DNA from: Chiloscyllium plagiosum
Lineage: Eukaryota
Assembly (NCBI RefSeq): GCF_004010195.1
Contig: NC_057711.1
Span: 80,663,523 to 80,727,522, forward strand
DNA length: 64,000 nt
Direction of reading: 5' to 3'
The notes under the pieces were generated by a model. It had not been told where the DNA came from. It saw nothing but the letters and a program-made list of their open reading frames with translations, and ran no database searches. Below, piece by piece: positions 49,846-64,000 of this stretch. Every line of letters begins with the position of its first letter. The first letter of the stretch is position 1. The position numbers were made by a program, and so were the translations under genes.

Positions 49846-50316
49846 AGTCAAAGCGTGTGGTACTGGAAAAGCACAGCTGATCAGGCAGCATCCAAGGAGA
49901 AGGAGAGTCAACATTTCGACACAGGAATGTGGAGGAGGCCCAAGGGGGCTGAGAGATAAATGGGAGGGGGAGGTGGAACTGGGGAGAAGGTAGCTGCACA
50001 TGCAATGGGTAGATGCAGGTGGGGGGTGATGGTGATAGTTCGGTGCTGAGTTGGAAGGTTGGATCTGGGATAAAGTGGGGGAGGGCAGATGAAGAAACCA
50101 GTGAAATTGGCATTTATCCCACGTGGTTGGATGGTCCCAAGGTGGAAGAAAGGGCGTTCTTCCTCCAGCCATTGGGTGGCTAGAATCTGGAGGTGGAGGC
50201 GGCCCAGGACTTGCATGTCCTTGGCAGAGTGGGAGGGGGAGTTAAAGTGTTTGGCCACAGGGTGGTGGGGTTGCTTAGTGTGTGTGTCCTGGAGATGTTC
50301 TCTGAAATGTTCTGAA
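49846..50316 (-). mobile_element. Penelope-like element 3' fragment (GIY-YIG C-terminus plus family B end)
   Basis: HFREHL...PVAKHFNSPSHSAKDMQVLG and LEEERPFFHLGTIQPRGIN. Confidence 0.88.
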
Positions 50317-52654
50317 CTCCATATCATACTGTAATGAGTGGTATGCATTTCTCTGACTATGATGGCTCCAACACTGTGACATACTCTTTCACAATCCCGA
50401 CTTGAAGAGCTTTCTGTATCAATGTGCTGTGGTCAGTTTGCTCATTTGCAAGCAAATATTTAGGAAGTTGAACACAGAACTCTCATTTTTTAGAAACGTA
50501 GAACTAAAGAGGGTTCCAGCACTGTTATTTTGTCTATCATATCTCTCAGTACTAGTCTTTGCTAGAATAATTCCAAACTGGTCCACAAACACATTGTTTT
50601 CCTCTCTTATAGACATTTATCCATGTTTCCCATACAATAGTGTTGCCTCAACTTCTGTCCTGGGTAACAGTTCCACCCATCACTAAATTGCTGCTTAAAA
50701 GAATTTCTCATAAACTTTCTTCTTTTTATTCTAGTCACCATTTTAGATTGATGGTTCTGCAACATTAATTTTCCAACCAAACAAAGTCCTTTTTCCTTAT
50801 TCGCCAGATCAAAATCCTTCACACTTTAAAATTATTCTGTTTAATCACCACTTGCTTTCTCTGCTTCAATAGAAAAGTCTCTAATGTTTCAAAGGCATTT
50901 TTTGCCATCCCCAACAATATTTTGGTGAATGTGCCAATGTTCAACACTGCCCACTGCAGCTTAACTTTATTTCTTTACTCTTGTAGTCAATGCCAGTTCA
51001 TAACATTCAAAATATTATTGACATTATTGTGAATTTATGAACATAAACTTACATTTCCAGAGAAATATCTAATGGAAATCCTTAGGTTTCTCTAATCATT
51101 CACACTCTGCACCACTTTACCTGAAGTGTAGAGTGTCATTCATTATTTTTCTTCCTAAAATATAAGACTTCACAAATGTTCACATTACATTGAATCTGCT
51201 ATATGACTGCCTGTTCCTCCTGAGATTTTTACAATTGCCTTGCTCTTCTCAGAAATGCTTATTTTCTGTCACGAGCAAATTTTGATATTGTCACTTTTTA
51301 TTCAAATCATTTGGAGGTATACATTTTGAAAACAAAAGTGGACCCATATTGATCCAAGTTATACACCAATACAATGCTTTACAATCAATCAAAACAACAC
51401 CCATTAGCACCAACACTATTTAATGCTTGTAAACCAATTTTCTTTTCATGTCTTTTCCTGTCTTATTATATGTGTACATGCCACATCTCTTAAATGGCGC
51501 ACATACATTTTTGCAGACACTTAACAAAATGCCATCATTATACAAGAAAGGAGTTCCCAAGCTCCTAGATAGTCTTTTAAAAAAATGTAGTTGTCCTAAT
51601 ATATTTTTTACACCTGATATACTGTAATCCCCATTATTATTGAACAGCTGCCTTCCAGTTGTGACAGATTTGAATGGAATACAACTAATGACAATAAACT
51701 TGCCACTAATAGAAAAAAATCCTATAAAAATATAGTTTACATTATGTACATTTCATTCTGCTTTAACCTCGATTCATGTTATACTACAGGAAATTGTATA
51801 TTCATAAGTGTCTGGATACATTTAACCACAAAAGAGAGAACAACTAGGCTTATCAAAATTGCAGCTGTTTTTCAAACTAATAGAGTAGTCCTCAGGGGCT
51901 ACCACAAGGAAGTGGAAGGAAGACTTTGAAATGTAACAGATGGAATTTATTTAAAATAAATTAAGCCTTTGGCTACAGCTATAACAAGCAACTATTGCTT
52001 TTCCTAACGCTGCAACCCAGCATTGACCCTTAATCTTCTGTTCACGTTGGATGGTTTCCTCCTGACCTAGCTGTAATTCCAGAAGGAATTCTGATGTGCC
52101 TCCTGTTTTGCTTGCGATCTGCTTCCCTTGTTTCCCAAAAAAGCTGAAAGATAACTGATGGTAGAGCAAAACACTTAAGGAATGTCTTTCATTTCACTAT
52201 GTGGACTGCATTGCCACATACCTATGATTAGATTCAAGCTCTTATAAAGTTATGTCAATCAGTTTCTTTTTTGAACAACTTTATTCTTCCTTTAAAGTGC
52301 CATCAGGCCTTTACTATATTCCTTGCACACTCTGCTCTAACTCCGTTTACGTTTGCTTATCTTCAGTTGAATTCATTGTTGAATGACATTGTTCACCTAA
52401 AGAAGGCCTTTTGTAGATATTTGCTCAGAGAAATAAAAATTAATGCAATTACATTGAATTTTATGTTATCCTAAACTAGGAACTAAAAAAAGTGCCACAC
52501 TCGAGTGAGTTAATACGCCCATACAGTTCCCAAAACATTTGTTGGGACAATTTGCCCATTACATTGCACTAAAGGAATTCTCAATTCTTAGGTACAAAGC
52601 AGGAAAAAGAAACACAGGATTAGACACTCTTAAGAACTCTCAGGTTTCCATAAT

Positions 52655-54523
52655 TTCTTTTGATTTGATTAATTATTGTCACATGTACCGAGATACAATG
52701 ATAAGTATTGTTTTGTGTGCTATCCTGGCAAATCATACCTTATATAATGCATCAAGGTAACAGAGCAGAATGCAGAATATCGCATTCAGACGGGGTGCAG
52801 AGAAAAATCAAAGTTAATATATGAGGGATCTGTTCAAAAGTCTGATAACAGCAGGGAAGAAGCTGTCCTTGAATCTGCTGGTATGTGTGTTCAAACTTTT
52901 CTATCTTCTGCCTGATGGAAGTGGATAAAAGAGGGTATGATTGGGGTGGTGGAGGTGGTGGGATGCTTTCCCGAGGCAGTAGGATGCACAAATGGAGTCA
53001 GTGGAAGGAAGACTGGTTTGTGTGAAGGATTTGGTCTGTATTCACATCTCTCTATAATTTATTGCAGGCTTGGGCAGAACAGTTGCCATACCAAGCTATG
53101 ATACATCTGGATTGGATGCTATCTATGGTGCATTGATAAGAGTCATTGTGGACATGCCAGATTTCCTTACCCTTTGGAGGAAGTAGAGACTTTTGGGGTG
53201 CATTCTTGACTGCGGCATTGATGTAGATGGACCAGGACAGGTTGTTCGTGGTATTTACTCTTAGGAACTTGAAGGTCTCGACCATCTCCGCCTCAGCACC
53301 ATTGATACAGGCAGGGGTGTGTCCTCCACTCTAGTTCCTGAATTTGATGGCCAGCTCCCTTTGTTTTGTTTGTATTGAAGGAGAGATATGTATATTGTTG
53401 TGTTTACACCATGCTACTAAGTTGTGTATTTCTTTCCTGCACTCTGTCTCACCATTGTTTAAGATCCTATCCCTTATGGTGGTGTAACCAGCAAACTTGC
53501 AAATGGAGGTACAGCAGAGTGTATAAGGTGTATAGTAAGAGGTTTAGTATGCAGCCTTGTGGGGCACCAGTGTTGAGGATTATTGTGGACAGGGTATCGT
53601 CACCTATCCTTACTGATTGCGGTCCATGAGTCAGGAAGTTGAGGATCCAGTTGCAGAGGGGGGAGCAGTACCCTGAGTCTTAGAGTTTTGAAATTAATTT
53701 GGTTGGATTTATGGTGTTGAAGGCAGAACTAAAGTCAACAAGTAGGACTCTGATGTAGGTGTCCTTGTTATCCAGATGTTCCAGGGATGAGTGTAGGACC
53801 CTGGAGTTGGCATCTGCCCTGGACCAGTAGCCAAATTGTAATGGATCATAGCAATCTGGGACACTGGAGTTGATGTGTGCCATTACTAACTTCTCAAAGC
53901 ACAAACCTTCACAAATCTTGCACCTCATACTGATGGATGTCAGAGCCACTATTCATTAAGGCATGTTGCCTGATTTTTATTAGACACTGAGATGATAATG
54001 GTCTTCTTGAAGCAAATGGTAACCTCAGATAGGAATAAGGACAGGCTAAAGATGTCTGCAAATACTCCCACCAGTTGGTTACACAGGATCTGAAAGTACA
54101 GCCGGGGACTCTAGCTGAGCTAGTCGCTTTCTGTGGGTTCATCCTAAAGAAGGCCGATCTGAGGTCTGCAGTGGTGACTGTGGGTACAGGTACACACAGG
54201 GCTGTTGGGGTAGGTGACAGCATTTCACTGACCTTCTGTTCCAAACAAGCATAAAAGACTAGAGCTTATCGGGAAGGGATGCATTCGTGTCAGCAATTCT
54301 ACTCAAATTCACTTTGTCACCTGTTATATTATAGCCACAGTCAATATGGGTTGTTTGGTTGGTCTGGGATTCTAGCTTAGTCTGGTATTGTCTCTTGGCA
54401 TCCCTGATGGTCTTGCGAAGATCGTACTAGATTTCCTGTTCGGGTCACTTGACTTGAATGCCTTAAACCTGGACTTCAGCAGGGAGTGGATCTCCTGGTT
54501 CGTCCATAGTGTCCGGTTGGGGA
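52655..54523 (-). mobile_element. Rex1/Babar-clade LINE (RT and 3' end)
   Basis: [13 protein letters not shown]...DPLQF...[34 protein letters not shown] and VETFKFL...NNLSWS. Confidence 0.88.
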
Positions 54524-55650
54524 ATCATAGAGATGGATAGGATGGAAACAGACCCTTTGGTCCAACTCTTTCAGATATCCTAAATTAATCTAGTTCAATT
54601 TGCCAGAATTTGGCTCTTATCCCTCTAAACTCTTACTATTCATATATCCATCCAAATGCCTTATAAATGTTGTATTGTACCAGCTTCCACCATTTCTTTT
54701 GGCAGATCATTTCATGACAAGTACTACCCTTTGTGTCAAAATATTACCCATCAGATCCCTTTTAAGTCTTTCCCCTCTCATGTTAAACCATGCCTTCTAG
54801 TTTTGAACTCCCCTACCTTGAGGGAAAGACTTTGATTATTCTCCCTATCCATGTCCCTTATGGTTTTATAAACTTCAATAAGGTCACCCTTCAGCCTTTG
54901 ATGTCCCAGGGAAAATAGCCCTAGCCTATTCAGTGTCCCCCTATAGCTCAAACCCTCCAACCCTAGCAACATGCTTGTAAATCTTTTCTGAACACTTTCA
55001 AGTTTCACAACATCTGTCCTAAAGCAGGGAGATCAGAATTGAATGCAATATTCCAAAAGTGGCCTAACCAATGTCCTGTACAGCCACAACATACAGCCAC
55101 AACATGACCTCCCAACTCCTATACTCAGTGCACTGACCAATAAAGGCAAGCATACCAAATCCCTTCTTCCCTACTTGGTCTAGCTGAGACTCCACTTTCA
55201 AGTAACTATGAAGCTGCACTTCAAGATCTCTTTATTTGGCTATACTCCCCAGAACCTTACCATTAAGTGTATAAGTCCTGCCCTGATTCGCCCTACCAAA
55301 ATGTAGCACCTCACATTTATTTAAACTTCAGGGGTGGCACGGTGGCTCAGTGGTTAGCAATGCTGTCTCACAGTGCCAGGGTCTCAGGTTTGATTCCAGC
55401 CTCGGGTGACTGTCTGTGTGGAGTTTGCACATTCTCCCTGTGTCTGCATGGGTTTCCTCCCACAAACCAAAGATGTGCGGGTTAGTTGAATTGGCCATGC
55501 TAAATTGTTCATAGTGTTAGGTACATTAGTCAGAGGAGGGTGGATTACTCTTCAGAGGATTGCTGTGGACTTGTTTGGCTGAAGGGCCTGTTTCCACACT
55601 GTAGGGAATCTAATCTAAACTCCACCTACCACTCCTCGGCATAAGGGCCC
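54524..55650 (-). mobile_element. CR1 3' fragment interrupted by an HE1 SINE
   Basis: ORF 54778-55008 KLESVQKRFT...RLKGDLIEVYK. Confidence 0.9.
55333..55615 (+). mobile_element. HE1-type V-SINE
   Basis: A and B boxes, tail; possible duplication at(t/c)taaact on both sides. Confidence 0.88.
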
Positions 55651-55654
55651 ATGT

Positions 55655-56900
55655 GGCTAACTCTATCCTTATTTCATTGAAATTCCTCTTATTTAACAGC
55701 TATTTCTGACCAAATTTTTCATTCTTAAACTGAATAATAAATTCTACCATCTTTTGATCACTACTTCCTTGGGGATAATTTCATCTGAGGTCATTATTTA
55801 AACTTGCCTCATTGCCCATTACCAGATCCAAGATAGCCTGCTCCCTGATGGACATATCGTTTTGGGAAACTATTCCTGATTCACTTTATGAATTCATTGT
55901 CATAGCTACCCTTGTTAATTTGTTTACCCCAATCAACATAAATAATACTATAATTTAATTATTGCTCTATTCCTTTTACATACTCTAATTATTTTTTGAT
56001 TTACAGCATTTCTAACAGAGTGGCTACTGCTTGGAGTTCTATACATTACTGCTCCCAATGTCTTCTTTACCTAGCTGTATTTTTAACCGCTGCCCAAATG
56101 GACTGTACATCATCTGAACCTGAATCATCTTTCACAACTGTGCTCATTTCATTGCTTATTAACAGTGCTACCCTCCAATCTTTTCTGTTCCTCCCATCTC
56201 GCTAAAAGGTCAAATATCCCTGATTGTTAAGTTCACAGTTTTTGTCTCCTTGTAACCAGCTTTCCATAATGGCTATGACATCATATTAGTTTATAGATGG
56301 ACCATCTGTTCATCTACTGTATTCTGACTCCTTTATGCACAAACAAATGAAGCCTTTAAACATGTTCTATTATCAAATTTCCTTACGTTATTATAGCTCC
56401 TTGGTGTAACATGACACTCACACATTGTGTTCCTTTTACTTTGGGGCAACAATCAGCCCCAACACTACCCAGCAATTCTACCTTCTCCCTTACCTTTCTA
56501 ACTTTCTATGCCACTGGTGCCAATGTTTCACGAATTTAAACCCATTTCTCCCATGTCAATCTTTCGCCGTATATTTACCTATTTAATCTTGTTGACGCTG
56601 TGCCAATTTGCTCAGGTAGTAATCCAGAGTACTACCTTTTTGGTTCTGCTTTTTAATTTAGAACTCTGGCTGCTTATATTCCCTCAGCAGGATCTCTTTC
56701 CTCTTTCCACCTGTAGGAAGTCATTGGTATCTTTATAAAGCACAACAACTGCATCTTTCCCCTTCCACTCCAACTTACATTCCAGCCCATAGGAGATATC
56801 CTGAACCTGGGCACCATGCAGGCAACACAGCCTTCAGGATCTGCGAGCCTGATCACACAGAACAGTGTTTATTCCCCTGACTATTCTATCTTCAACTACA
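55655..56900 (-). mobile_element. Old CR1 ORF1 and endonuclease fragment
   Basis: ORF 56674-56856 (EGCVACMVPRFRIS) and downstream sequence resemble the CR1 esterase and endonuclease. Confidence 0.6.
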
Positions 56901-57312
56901 AATACATTTCACCTTTCTTAACCCTATTCGTAATACAGCAGTTTTTACTAAAATCTTTAATCTTTTGGAGGATGGGTAGGCAAGTTAAGTATTCAGTGTT
57001 AATGCAATTAAATTTTTGTCTTCAAAATATCCTCCTCCGATATCAATAACATTTACTTAATAGAGAGGTTTCGTTCAATTAAAGGGATATAATATCTGAT
57101 TGCATATACTGCAAATTCATGAATTTCCCAAATATGATAGTTTTATGATTTTCCACATCTGGTATTATCTGTACATTCTCCACTAACAATGTACTTAACA
57201 CTGATATTTTACTGGATACTGCATTTGTGCCAATACAGTGATTGATCCTAATAAGTTGGGAACACAGGAACATGAGTAAGCAATTCAGCCCATTTAGAAT
57301 GCCCCGCCATTC

Positions 57313-58580
57313 AGAGGAGGTGGTGGCATAGTGGTAATGTCACTGGTTCATGTCCTTGAAACATTGATTTTGTATCCCATCACAGCAGATGGTGAGATTT
57401 GAATTCAATAAAGATTTGGAATTGAAAGTGTTACATTACAAACAGCCGAACCAAAGCAGTCTTTCCACCTTTGTATTCACAACACAATAAAAATAAACTG
57501 TCGAAGAACCCGCCATCACTCCCAAATACTCACTCTAATAGCTCCTAACAAGACTTTTGATTAACCAAAACCAGACAGTGAATAATTAATTTCTAGACAC
57601 CACTTTTGTGTCTTAAATAAAATACTTAATTTATTAAATACAAACATTAGCAGAGAGAAAATTAAATGGAACGGTAAGCTGATTAGCTTTAAGCTCAACC
57701 CATTCAAAAGACAGACAGATGGACAAACAAAGGAATAAATAAAAGAAAATAACAAATTGGCCAGATTACTTAAATGTCCTTCACTATGCAATGTTCATAG
57801 GCACAAATGTAGACTGTTTCTCTGGAAGCATCGATCAGTGTCACCTTCTCAGTTCACCCAGGCAAAGGCACCAAAACTTCAAATGTAGCTTTCCTTTCTT
57901 TGGGCTTCCAGATACTGGTGTATCAGATTAAGAAGGGAGGTTTCAAATCGTCATGCTGTCTCAGCAGTAGCCCAACACCATCTCTCAGAAGGTATTGTTC
58001 AAAGATAGACTAATTTACTCTCCCTGAGGCCTCAGTCACCTTTCAACAACTGCCATCTGTTTGAACATGGCATCTCTTTCATACTTATTGGGACCAATCC
58101 CCAGCTACTGACTTTGTTAGTATCCAATTTCTGCTACCTGTTTAAACACAATGTTTTCTCCAGGGGTCGCCATATACATTAGGAACCTTTAATCAAGGCT
58201 CAACCAGCATTAGCCTCCAGACCAGGCCTCACAAACAAGCAAAGCTTGCGTAGTCATTTTTTCTTCTTTTTTAAATCCAAGCTGTCCCAAAATAAATCAG
58301 TCATTTCCAGCTCATAATTCAAAATTTATAAAATAAAAATAATGAAAAATCAGCAAGTGTTCTAACAAAAGCTAGTCTAATGGCAACCATGTAACCATTG
58401 TCAATTCATGTTGATACGCATGTCCTTTCGGGTTCACTTAATGTCCTTTAGGGAAGGAAATCTGCCAGCTTCACCCGGTCTGCCTATATATGACTCCAGA
58501 CCAATGTGAGTGACTGCCCTGTAAGCAATTTGGGGTGGGAGATAAATGCTGGCCGATCCAACATGCCCACATCCTATGAA
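57313..58580 (+). mobile_element. tRNA-derived SINE split by an LTR-like insertion
   Basis: Head 57313-57428 and body/tail 58368-58580 join into the family seen at 31525-31765. Confidence 0.72.
57429..58367. mobile_element. Probable solo LTR (939 bp)
   Basis: TGTTA...TAACA termini with a 4-bp duplication aaag at 57425-57428 and 58368-58371; interrupts a SINE exactly. Confidence 0.65.
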
Positions 58581-58599
58581 TGTTTCTGTTTTTTTTATT

Positions 58600-59660
58600 C
58601 CTCTTCATAGGACAGTTCTGACATCTTGGGAGCAAGTCTGGTGAACTTTTATTGTGCTCTGTCTAATGCAAGGAGACCAAAACTCTATACATATGGAAAG
58701 TTCTTACACAATCCTCAAATCCTCTTACAATAAAGACTAACATTCTTGATAGCTTGCTACACAAACATAATAGGTTTTAGTGACATATGAACAAGGACAC
58801 ATAGATTTCCTTTGTACATCTACATTTTCCAGTCTCTTACCATTTCAGAAATACACTACACAACTTCCAAACTGGATAAATACATTCTTCCACAGTATAT
58901 TCTATCTGCTATGTTCTTGCTCACCTCCTAAACCTGTCCAAATCCTCCCCCAGCTGTTTTACATCTTCCTCAAAATGCACATTTCCACTTAACTTGATAT
59001 CATCCACAAATTTGGAAACAATACATTTGGTCCTCATCTCCAAATCATTGATATACTTTGTGCAAAGGCGCATCCCAAGTACCCTTCTGGTACCCAATGG
59101 TCACAGCCTGCCACTTGAGAATGACTCATTTATTCCTACTCTCTAGTTAACAGACAGAAAACAATCATTAATCCACATTATCTCCTATCCCTTGTGCTTT
59201 AACCTTTCTAACCAACTTCCTGCAGGGAGCTTGATTAAAAAACTTCTGAAAATTTAAATACGCGACATCCATTAGCTCCCCTTTAATCAATTGTGTGAAT
59301 AACATCTTCAAAAATCTCCAATAGGTTTGTCAAACACAATTTTTCATTGGCAAATCCATGCTGACTATGTCCAATAAGATTATTATCAACTAGGTGTCTA
59401 TTTATTCCATCCTTACATTTTAATGCTATGGTTCTAATAGGGATGGAGAGTGGCACCAGCTGGGTAGCTCTTTTGGGAGCTGGTACAGATATGACGGGTC
59501 AAATGGCCTCCTTCTGTACTGTAAAATTCTATGATTCTATTTTCCCTGCTACTGATGCAAGACTAGCAGGTCCATGTGTTGCCTGTTTTCTTTCACTCCC
59601 TTCTTAAATAGTGGGGTGACATTTCCTACCTTCCAATTTACAGGAATTATTCCAGAAACG
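58600..59660 (-). mobile_element. Decayed CR1 RT fragment
   Basis: Reverse strand has cagcatggattt (QHGF) and tttgtggatgatatcaag (FVDDIK). Confidence 0.7.
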
Positions 59661-60027
59661 GTAGAAATGTGAAAGATAAATTTTACAAATATATTTTCAG
59701 GAAACTCTTTCTAAAGACATTACAGTGGTATGTTATTATCCACAAATCTGGTAGAAATCTCAAATCCCTTAACTGTGTTCCCATCCTTATTATTTAGAGT
59801 GTCTTGGAACATTTTTGTCAGACTATTCCATACATTGTAAATATGCATCTGCTGTTTAACACTGAATGATTGAAAGATTCTGTCAACAACACATTATTAG
59901 GCTGAGACTTCTTGAGGCTATACCCTCTCATTGATCCACATCTCCATTTCTGCTTCCAAATGTTCTATTTAATGTTTAACTTTGACTACTCTAAGTTGCC
60001 TATTTGGGACAATTCATGGCAATTCAG

Positions 60028-60378
60028 AGTGACACAGTGGCTCAGTGGTTAGCACTGCTGCCTCACAGTGCCAGGGACCCAGGTTCAATTCTAGCCTCAG
60101 GTGCCTGCCTATGTAGAGCTTGCATGTTCTCCTCATGTGTACATCGGCTTCCACCTGGTGCTCTGGTTTCATCCCATAGTCCAAAGATGTGCAGGAAGGG
60201 TGAATTGGTCATGCTAAAATGCCTGTAGTGTCTGTCGATATGTACTAGGTGGGTTAGCTGTGGTAAATGTGGGTTTATGGGGATAGGTGAGGGCTGGGTC
60301 TGGGTGGAATTCCCTTCTGAGAGTCAGCACAGACTTAAAGGGCTGAATGGCCTCTTTCTACACAGTTGGTATTCTATA
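60028..60378 (+). mobile_element. HE1-type V-SINE, older copy
   Basis: A and B boxes, V-domain and tail. Confidence 0.85.
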
Positions 60379-63300
60379 AATATGGTACTTTGAATCACAA
60401 CTAAAGTGTTGACTAATTATAGCATGATATTTCACTTTACTGGTGTAACTGCTAAACTCTCTTTGTTTTACAAAACTATCAAAAGCACTGCTGCTTTCAT
60501 TTCACTAAGTTACAGTCTCCATTTCATACCATTGCCTACAACTTAATCTAGACATTCCGTTAACATTGCATCCTCCATTTTCTGTCACATAGCTAATTGT
60601 GTCCCTTGTGCTGGGAATGCTAGCAGGAAGAAATGCTTTCAAATGATTTTCTTTATGTTCTAGCATGCATCCTTACCTGCAAATTACCATCAAAACTAGG
60701 GTCTATCAAAGCCAGATACTTTGGCAGAATCTAATACCTGAAATGCTAACACAGATTAAGGAATTTGAAAATGGAATTTTAGTAGTCTTGCATACAACCT
60801 ACTGATGTTCATTATGTACCCTTCAACAGCATTATCTCCACTTTTTCCTAAATGTGCCAAAATCTCACCATTTGATAATTTTCTGACCAATAAGCAGTTA
60901 GTGCATAATCTTTTTGACAATCTTTTTCCAATTAATTTAATATCTCATCCAAAGTTTAATCTGTATCCATACTATTAATCTCCAATTCTGAAAAAGAATT
61001 GCTTCTCACCCAGCTTTTATATGGTAGCCAAAATGTTAAGGTCTTTTCTTGTTTCCTGCTTGGTAAAGAAGTAATGTGGATCCAAGTAGTTACTTTACTC
61101 TTCAAAAGATTTGCACTCAGAAAACTGGAGGGAGGTAAGACATGCCAAATAGTGCATATTTTGTTCAATGGTCCTCTACTACCAATGTTGTACATTTGAG
61201 CTATTTCAGTTAACCACACACCAAAAACCCTCCTACCTTTTGACTAACTCACCTTTATATACATATTAAAACATTAATGCCAGGTACTTAGCTTCCTATT
61301 GACGGATTTAGATATTGCCAATGCAGATTTAAGTGTTCATCATAGCAACTCACCCAATATCCACTACGTACAGTTCAGAGGAGTTATGCAATAACATTGG
61401 GAAGTCTTTGAAATGGAGATGAAAGATATTAAACCTCTACCAGTTGTTACAGCACAGAAGGACCATCACTTTGGTGCTGACGTACCAAATAAGAATCAGA
61501 TTCTGGGTTCATGTTCCATTCCAGAGTTGCAGGATGATCAACAGTGAATTTTAAATGCCTTTTGTGATATACTTGACGTAGGAAAATGTAGAAATTAGGC
61601 ATACAATAAATTGATGCCATGATGAAAGAATGTTGTAAACTGCAATTAAAAGTTAAATTACAAAGCTAGTTGTGCAAGCTAATTCTGAACCTTCAATGAA
61701 ATAAATGTCATTATTTAGCACTCTTGAGACAAAGGGGAATTGGTTAATGATTGAATATGTAGAACATTGTGTGATTTATTATTTGCATGAAATAAAACAG
61801 GACACAGTAAATGCTCAATCTGATGAGAACAAGGATATGAGAGACCCTCCCAGACTGATTCCTACTGCATGTTGCTGATTCAATGCAAGTGTTTTTCTTT
61901 CCACCTCTGTCAATATGCTGAAGATTACTGGGAGGTGTGTAGCACATGGTAAAAACCTTGGTTCTATCCTAAAGATCCTGATTAGGTGATTTCTTTTTTC
62001 CCCGACTACAGATATAAGCATTTCTTATTTCTTTGGGTTGCAGATTGACAACAGAATGAAGGATAAATTGCTTAAAGAGACAAGAAGATGAAAAGCAGAA
62101 GCCAAAATCTACCAAGGTAATTAAGGATTACTTCTTCTATCTCAATCTCATGAGGAATACTGTTTCAGATCTCTGAAGTACTCAACAGAGAGCATATCAG
62201 AGATGGTCTGCTGCAGTGGACACAACATCAATAGGATACAGTTCTTGACACCAGAATTGTGAGTGAGGAACAGGAGTAGAATGTGAACGAGGAAGAGTAG
62301 GAAAACGAAAAAGAAAGAGGGAAGCTGGAAACCAATATAGCTCATTTCTGGTAATCTTTCTACGATTAGTTCATCCGACTAATGAAGTCAATCACAATAT
62401 GCATTTACCAATGGTTCCAGGTCAAATAGCTATAAATGTTTGTTAAGACGCTTTATTATTAATCATCACATTTACCTCTTGACCACAATGCTGAAAGAAA
62501 ATCCAGCACAAATCCAGCATAAATCAAACTATCCAAGCGTCAACCAACGATCTTTAAGCATTGTTCTAAATTGCTGTCATCCATGTCTTTGTAGTGGTCC
62601 AATACCTTTTCACCCAGAGAATGCAATATGATTAGTGGAAACCTAATAATATTCAATAGAAGAGACTGTGGATGGCCTTGTAGGATGACCTTGATCAGTT
62701 GAGCCTAGAAAGTCCAGAGGGACTGCACTACGTTGGTATTGGACTGGGTGCCTGGTAGAAATGGCACTGGCAGACGGACAGTATCAGTTGCTATATTTCA
62801 AGGTAGACAGTGGATTTACTTTCTGGAAGCCACTGCCATACCACAGAACAAATCTGGGAATGGAGATTGCTAGACGATTGTGAAAACCTGCAAACATTTT
62901 TACGTGCTAGAAACCACAGATATGCTGGCAATTGCGATTTCCCCTGTCTGATTTTGGGCCTCATTAAATCTTGTGGTCATTGTGGTATTTGTTTGAAAGT
63001 AACCCAAAGAGCTTGTGGAAGATTTTATTATTCTGCATAATTTGTGAGGAATTTTTTGGGCAAATTTAAAATGTTGAAAGTTTGTAATTTAATAATAATC
63101 TAGTTTCAAAACTGTAGTTGACTAATACTACAACTCTTCAGCCATTTTCTTTTTGTTAGGACTTGCTATAATTTATCAACTATTTATATATGTGTGTTCA
63201 TGGGCTCAGAAAATATTGCCTTAATGTGAACTCGAACAATGTATTCAAATTGCATACACTTTGAAATCATTCAACTTGTTCCAAAAATATCAGGAAAAAG

Positions 63301-64000
63301 AAAATCTTTAAACTTGGAATTAGAATCTGAAAAGTTCATTGCATTTAACCATTTGTGCACAGAAATGGTTAAGGATTCCAAATATAAATTGTCAAATAAC
63401 GTAATGCTGGGAACTTCAAGTCAGTAACTCAATCAAATGTTCGAATCTTATCGTGAACAGTGAAAGAAAGCTCCAGTACAAATATTGATTTAAAAGGTTT
63501 GATTAAAGAATATTTGGTGACTTGTTTATTCTGCTTAGAAATGCAGGATGTGTTGGCACAATTGAGCTACAGCCGTTCCATAGTTGGATAGAAATTACAG
63601 ATGCCTTCAGCAATTGTTCCTTATTCTTTATTGCAAAATATCTGTTATTCTTTCAAACATATCCTCATTAATCAATATTCTTACAGAGTCCTGGATGGAA
63701 TCCAAGGGTAAATGCATGGGCATATGGATCAAACTGTTCCCAAAACTACACTCCATTATTATTGAGTCAATCACCGATCACATAAAGAATAATGACTTTG
63801 CGGATTGTACTGAAGAACTATCTGCGATCACAGTATTTTATTCCAGAGTATCGCTGATCAAATTTTAACAGTTACGCAACATGCACACTGAAAAGATGAC
63901 ATCAAAAAGATAATAAAAAACAAGGGCAATTTGCAGCATTCATGCAAAGTGCCAGGTATTATAAAATTACAGGATTTATTTTGTTAGCAGCTTATTCAGT

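Noticed and set aside
62044..62116. Plus-strand coding exon
   Set aside because: Splice-like signals are present but all three frames contain stops.
1..64000. CRISPR array or prokaryote-type system
   Set aside because: Repeats are dispersed retroelement ends with no regular repeat-spacer array or operon-like genes.

Overview
This is AT-rich eukaryotic genomic DNA, almost certainly from a cartilaginous fish (shark), because it carries HE1-type V-SINEs and their partner CR1/HER1-like LINEs. I can support no host protein-coding gene, rRNA, true tRNA or CRISPR array. The window reads as intronic or intergenic and is dominated by decayed transposable elements: many CR1 LINE fragments (one near full length at about 24.2-28.2 kb), Rex1/Babar and RTE LINEs, HE1 and other tRNA-derived SINEs, Gypsy gag and protease relics, a probable solo LTR, Harbinger-like Myb and transposase relics, and many Penelope-like element (PLE) ends. 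The most structured signal is a set of minimal hammerhead-ribozyme cores (CUGANGA-stem II-GAAA) in three PLE end families. Their stem II sequences differ but stay paired, several copies are fold-back hairpins with 14-15 bp target-site duplications, and their breakpoints cluster on the ribozyme. There is a 328-N assembly gap at 40578-40905. Repeat-family names come from motifs I recognised by eye, not from a database search, and most element boundaries are approximate.
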